Assembly (NCBI GenBank): GCA_028534125.1
Contig: CM052818.1
Span: 6,884,001 to 6,948,000 of the forward strand
Length of the DNA: 64,000 nt
Direction: 5' to 3'
Origin: Lama glama
Lineage: Eukaryota
Part shown: one piece after another, positions 61,165 to 64,000 of the stretch
How positions within the stretch are numbered: the stretch's first letter is position 1
Layout: every line of letters starts with the position of its first letter
Notes under the pieces: generated by a model
What the model saw: only the letters and a program-made list of their open reading frames with translations
Told to the model about the DNA's origin: nothing
Databases searched by the model: none
Made by a program: the position numbers and the translations under genes

Positions 61165-62040
61165 TGCAAAGATTTAAACAGACATTTCATCAAATAAGCT
61201 CATGAGAAGCTCCTCAACATCATTAGTCATTAGGGAAATGCAAGTTAGAACTACAATGATCTCCCACTACTCACATATCAGAATGTCTAAAATTTTAAAA
61301 ACCAGTCTTACCAAGTTTTGGCAAGCGATGTGGAGAAATTAGAACTCTGCTGGTGTTCCTGCTGTGGATGTAAATGTAAAATGTTTGGAAAAATAGTTTT
61401 ACAGTTTCTTTTTTTTTCCTTTTTCATTTTCTGGCAATCTCTTAAAACGTGAAATGTTAAAGACCTAGCCATTGCACTCCTAGGTATTTAGCCAAGAGAA
61501 AGGAAAACATATGTCCCCACAAAGAAGTGTACACAGGTGATCATAGCAGCTTTCACTGTAACAACCCAAAGTTGGAAACAACACAAATCTCCCTCAACAA
61601 GGACAAGAGTGGATAAAAAAACTGGGGTATATCCATGCCATGGGTCAAATCCTTAGCAATAAAAGAGAATAAACCACTGATACAACACAACAACGTGAAT
61701 AATTCACAAAGTTATTATGCTGAGTGAAAGAAGATAGACAAAAAGAGTACATACTGCATGATTCCATTTATGTAAAGTTCTAGAAAATGCAAACTAACTT
61801 ATGATGACAGAAGGCAAGTCAGTGGTTGCTTAGGGAGTAAGGAGAGAGGTGGAGAGGGACAGGAGTGAGCAATTACAAATGGGCTTGAGAAAACGTCTGG
61901 GGACGATGGACACGTTGTCTTGATCGTGGTGGTGGTCTCATGGGTGTACACATACGCCAAAACTGACCAAACTGCACACTTTAAATATACATAATTTACC
62001 GTGTGTCAATTATACCTTAACAAAGCTATTAAAAATTATT
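61165..62040 (+). mobile_element. L1MC/MD-like 3' region
   Basis: 'caacatcattagtcattagggaaatgcaa', 'cattgcactcctaggtatttagccaagagaa' and the end 'tcaattataccttaacaaagc'. Confidence 0.88.
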
Positions 62041-63709
62041 TTTGCAGATTGAGAGTCTCAGCTTTGAGGAACACCAGTTGCAAAAAAGGAACCTGAAAAA
62101 GAAAAAAAGGAACCCTGCTGACTTAGATGTGAAATGCGTCACCTTACTGCCTAAACACCCCAAACTAGTGAAATAATTTCTCTTTAAGAATAAGAATAAA
62201 TGTACAATTACTGTTTGGAAAATTATTTCTTGTAGTTCTCATTTTATAATTGCATCCAGAATAATAAACCCTTAAGAGACATACAAGTATTTTCCAATGC
62301 TAAAATGTTTGCTCCTTGAACAGTCTTGAATGGATTATTATTTCCAAACAAGGATTATACATTACTTTAGCAACAAACCTAGGATTAAGAGAAATATATC
62401 CCAAAAAGAAAAAAAAATGAAACAAATGTTCACAACAGCAATTAGCATCAATTTAGTACCGTGAAGATTAGGACAGGCTACGACTCGTTGAAGGGAGGCA
62501 TTTCTGGGGTTTCTCCCCACACTTGAGTCTTCATGTCTAAGGCAAACTCCTTTTGTGGTTTAATCCGACCTTTCACGAAGAGCAGCAGCTGCTAACAATG
62601 AGCTTCTGGCCTCGTGAGACAAATTGGAAGTAGATGGCTGCAAAGAGGTGGTTTTTCCCCGAAGAGGAAAGTGTGCCAAACCCAAGCAGGACAGGGCGGC
62701 CAGGAGGAGGAGAGCACGCTCACCACAAAGTAAAACACGAAAAGGGGAAAGCACCCAGGCCACAGGGCCTGAGGGTCCCACAAAACCCATGCAAATTGAC
62801 ACAAATGTGTCCTATAGAAGGAGAATGAGGGGCAGAGAGCACAGTTACCAGCCAGCCCCGTCAGGTGGGTGAGCCGCCTGGCCTTCCCACCCATCGGCTT
62901 CCAGCCTGTCAAACGAGGATGCTGGCACCCACCTGGCAGGATGGTTGAGATGTTCAAAATTGCCAAGAACCCTGAAAGCGTTTGTAAAAAAAAGCATTTT
63001 ACAAATTAGCACCACCTGGGTACCTATCCGAACCCAGAGACAACTTGGAGAAATTAAATCTGTATCAAGTTTCTCTATATGTTTTAAACAATATCCCACC
63101 AACCAAGGCTGAGCTTTCATTTCTGCCTGTTGTGCTGTGAAAGGAAAGGTATTTGTCTTGTTTCCCAATCATGCAAACTCCTGCCCCTCTAGAGACCCCC
63201 ATCTGCTTCCCCTACCCCCATGGGTGGCCCCACCCCCATGATGTGTTTAAGTAGATTCTAATCTGAGACTGGACTCAGGGACTGCATTGTGGCTGGTTCT
63301 AAGGTCTGTCTGGAAACCAGCAGTCCCACCCGGGGGCTTACCTCTCGCCTCTTTCCTCCCTGGAGCTGAAGTCACAGCACCCCACCTCTGGTCCCAGGCA
63401 GCCCCAGCCCCTGGTTCACCCTACCCCATCTCTGACATCTGCCTGTGCCAGCATCTTATATGGTGTTAAGTTAGCAAGCAAATCCCTATCCAGTCTCATT
63501 CCTGAGTCTCAGTCATCCCACCTTGCCCAGGAGCTCCAGTCTCTTAGGAAGGGGACTTCCTGACACCTTCATTTCCAAACACTATTCATTTCTCCTGTCC
63601 CAGCTGCAGGAGTGCAGTCCGGCTCTGAACTCGGGCCAAGTGCCCAGACTGCTGTCCTGTGAACAGACATGCCTGGTGAGCTGACGTGACCTGTGAGGAT
63701 CTCTAGATA

Positions 63710-63912
63710 AAGCAGGTTTCTCAACCTCAGCACTGTTGACATTTTGGTTCAGATAATTCTTTGTTAGGGTGGGGGGTGCCCTGCGCACCGCTAAGCGGTG
63801 AGCTTCGTCTCTGGCTTCTAGCCACCGGATACTCCCCTCCCCCGAGTTGTGACAACCTCAAATGTCCTCAGATGCTGCCCAAATTGTGTCTGATTAGGAA
63901 TCACGTGGACAC
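63710..63912. mobile_element. MER20-like hAT MITE
   Basis: 'caggtttctcaacctcagcactgttgacatttt...ataattctttgt...gttgtgacaacctcaaatgtc'. Confidence 0.85.
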
Positions 63913-64000
63913 AGCTTTAGCTTCTCTGACCTGCCTCCTGGAGACCCTGGTGAGCCCAGGTCCAGACACTGATTGGCTGACCTTCTGCTCTAACGTTCCT

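Overview
Mammalian genomic DNA, probably camelid: three short tRNA-derived SINEs resemble the camelid vic-1 type, and the younger L1 3' ends are artiodactyl-like. The only protein-coding gene I can support is the 5' part of SLC1A4 (ASCT1 neutral amino-acid exchanger) on the minus strand. Its coding exons 1-3 lie at 13364-12838, 2631-2589 and 780-718, with GT-AG junctions that splice in frame, and the gene continues off the left edge. It has a CpG-island promoter with GC boxes, a CCAAT box and a C/EBP-ATF (amino-acid response) element. The ~50 kb upstream is intergenic and dominated by old repeats (L1M, L2, MIR, MaLR/ERVL LTRs, hAT MITEs, an ERVL gag remnant), with a 500-N gap at 34743-35242. 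I found no convincing new gene or new biological system. The best leads are regulatory: ATF4-type elements at the promoter and in intron 1, a four-site GATA cluster at the island edge, and a second gene-less CpG island ~10 kb upstream with NRF1/E-box motifs, a perfect DR2 and a same-strand splice donor. Other leads are an extra N-glycosylation sequon in ASCT1 and an L1 carrying two tandem 3' ends. Repeat family names and human-protein comparisons come from memory, not from searches. Repeat boundaries are approximate unless a TSD is given.
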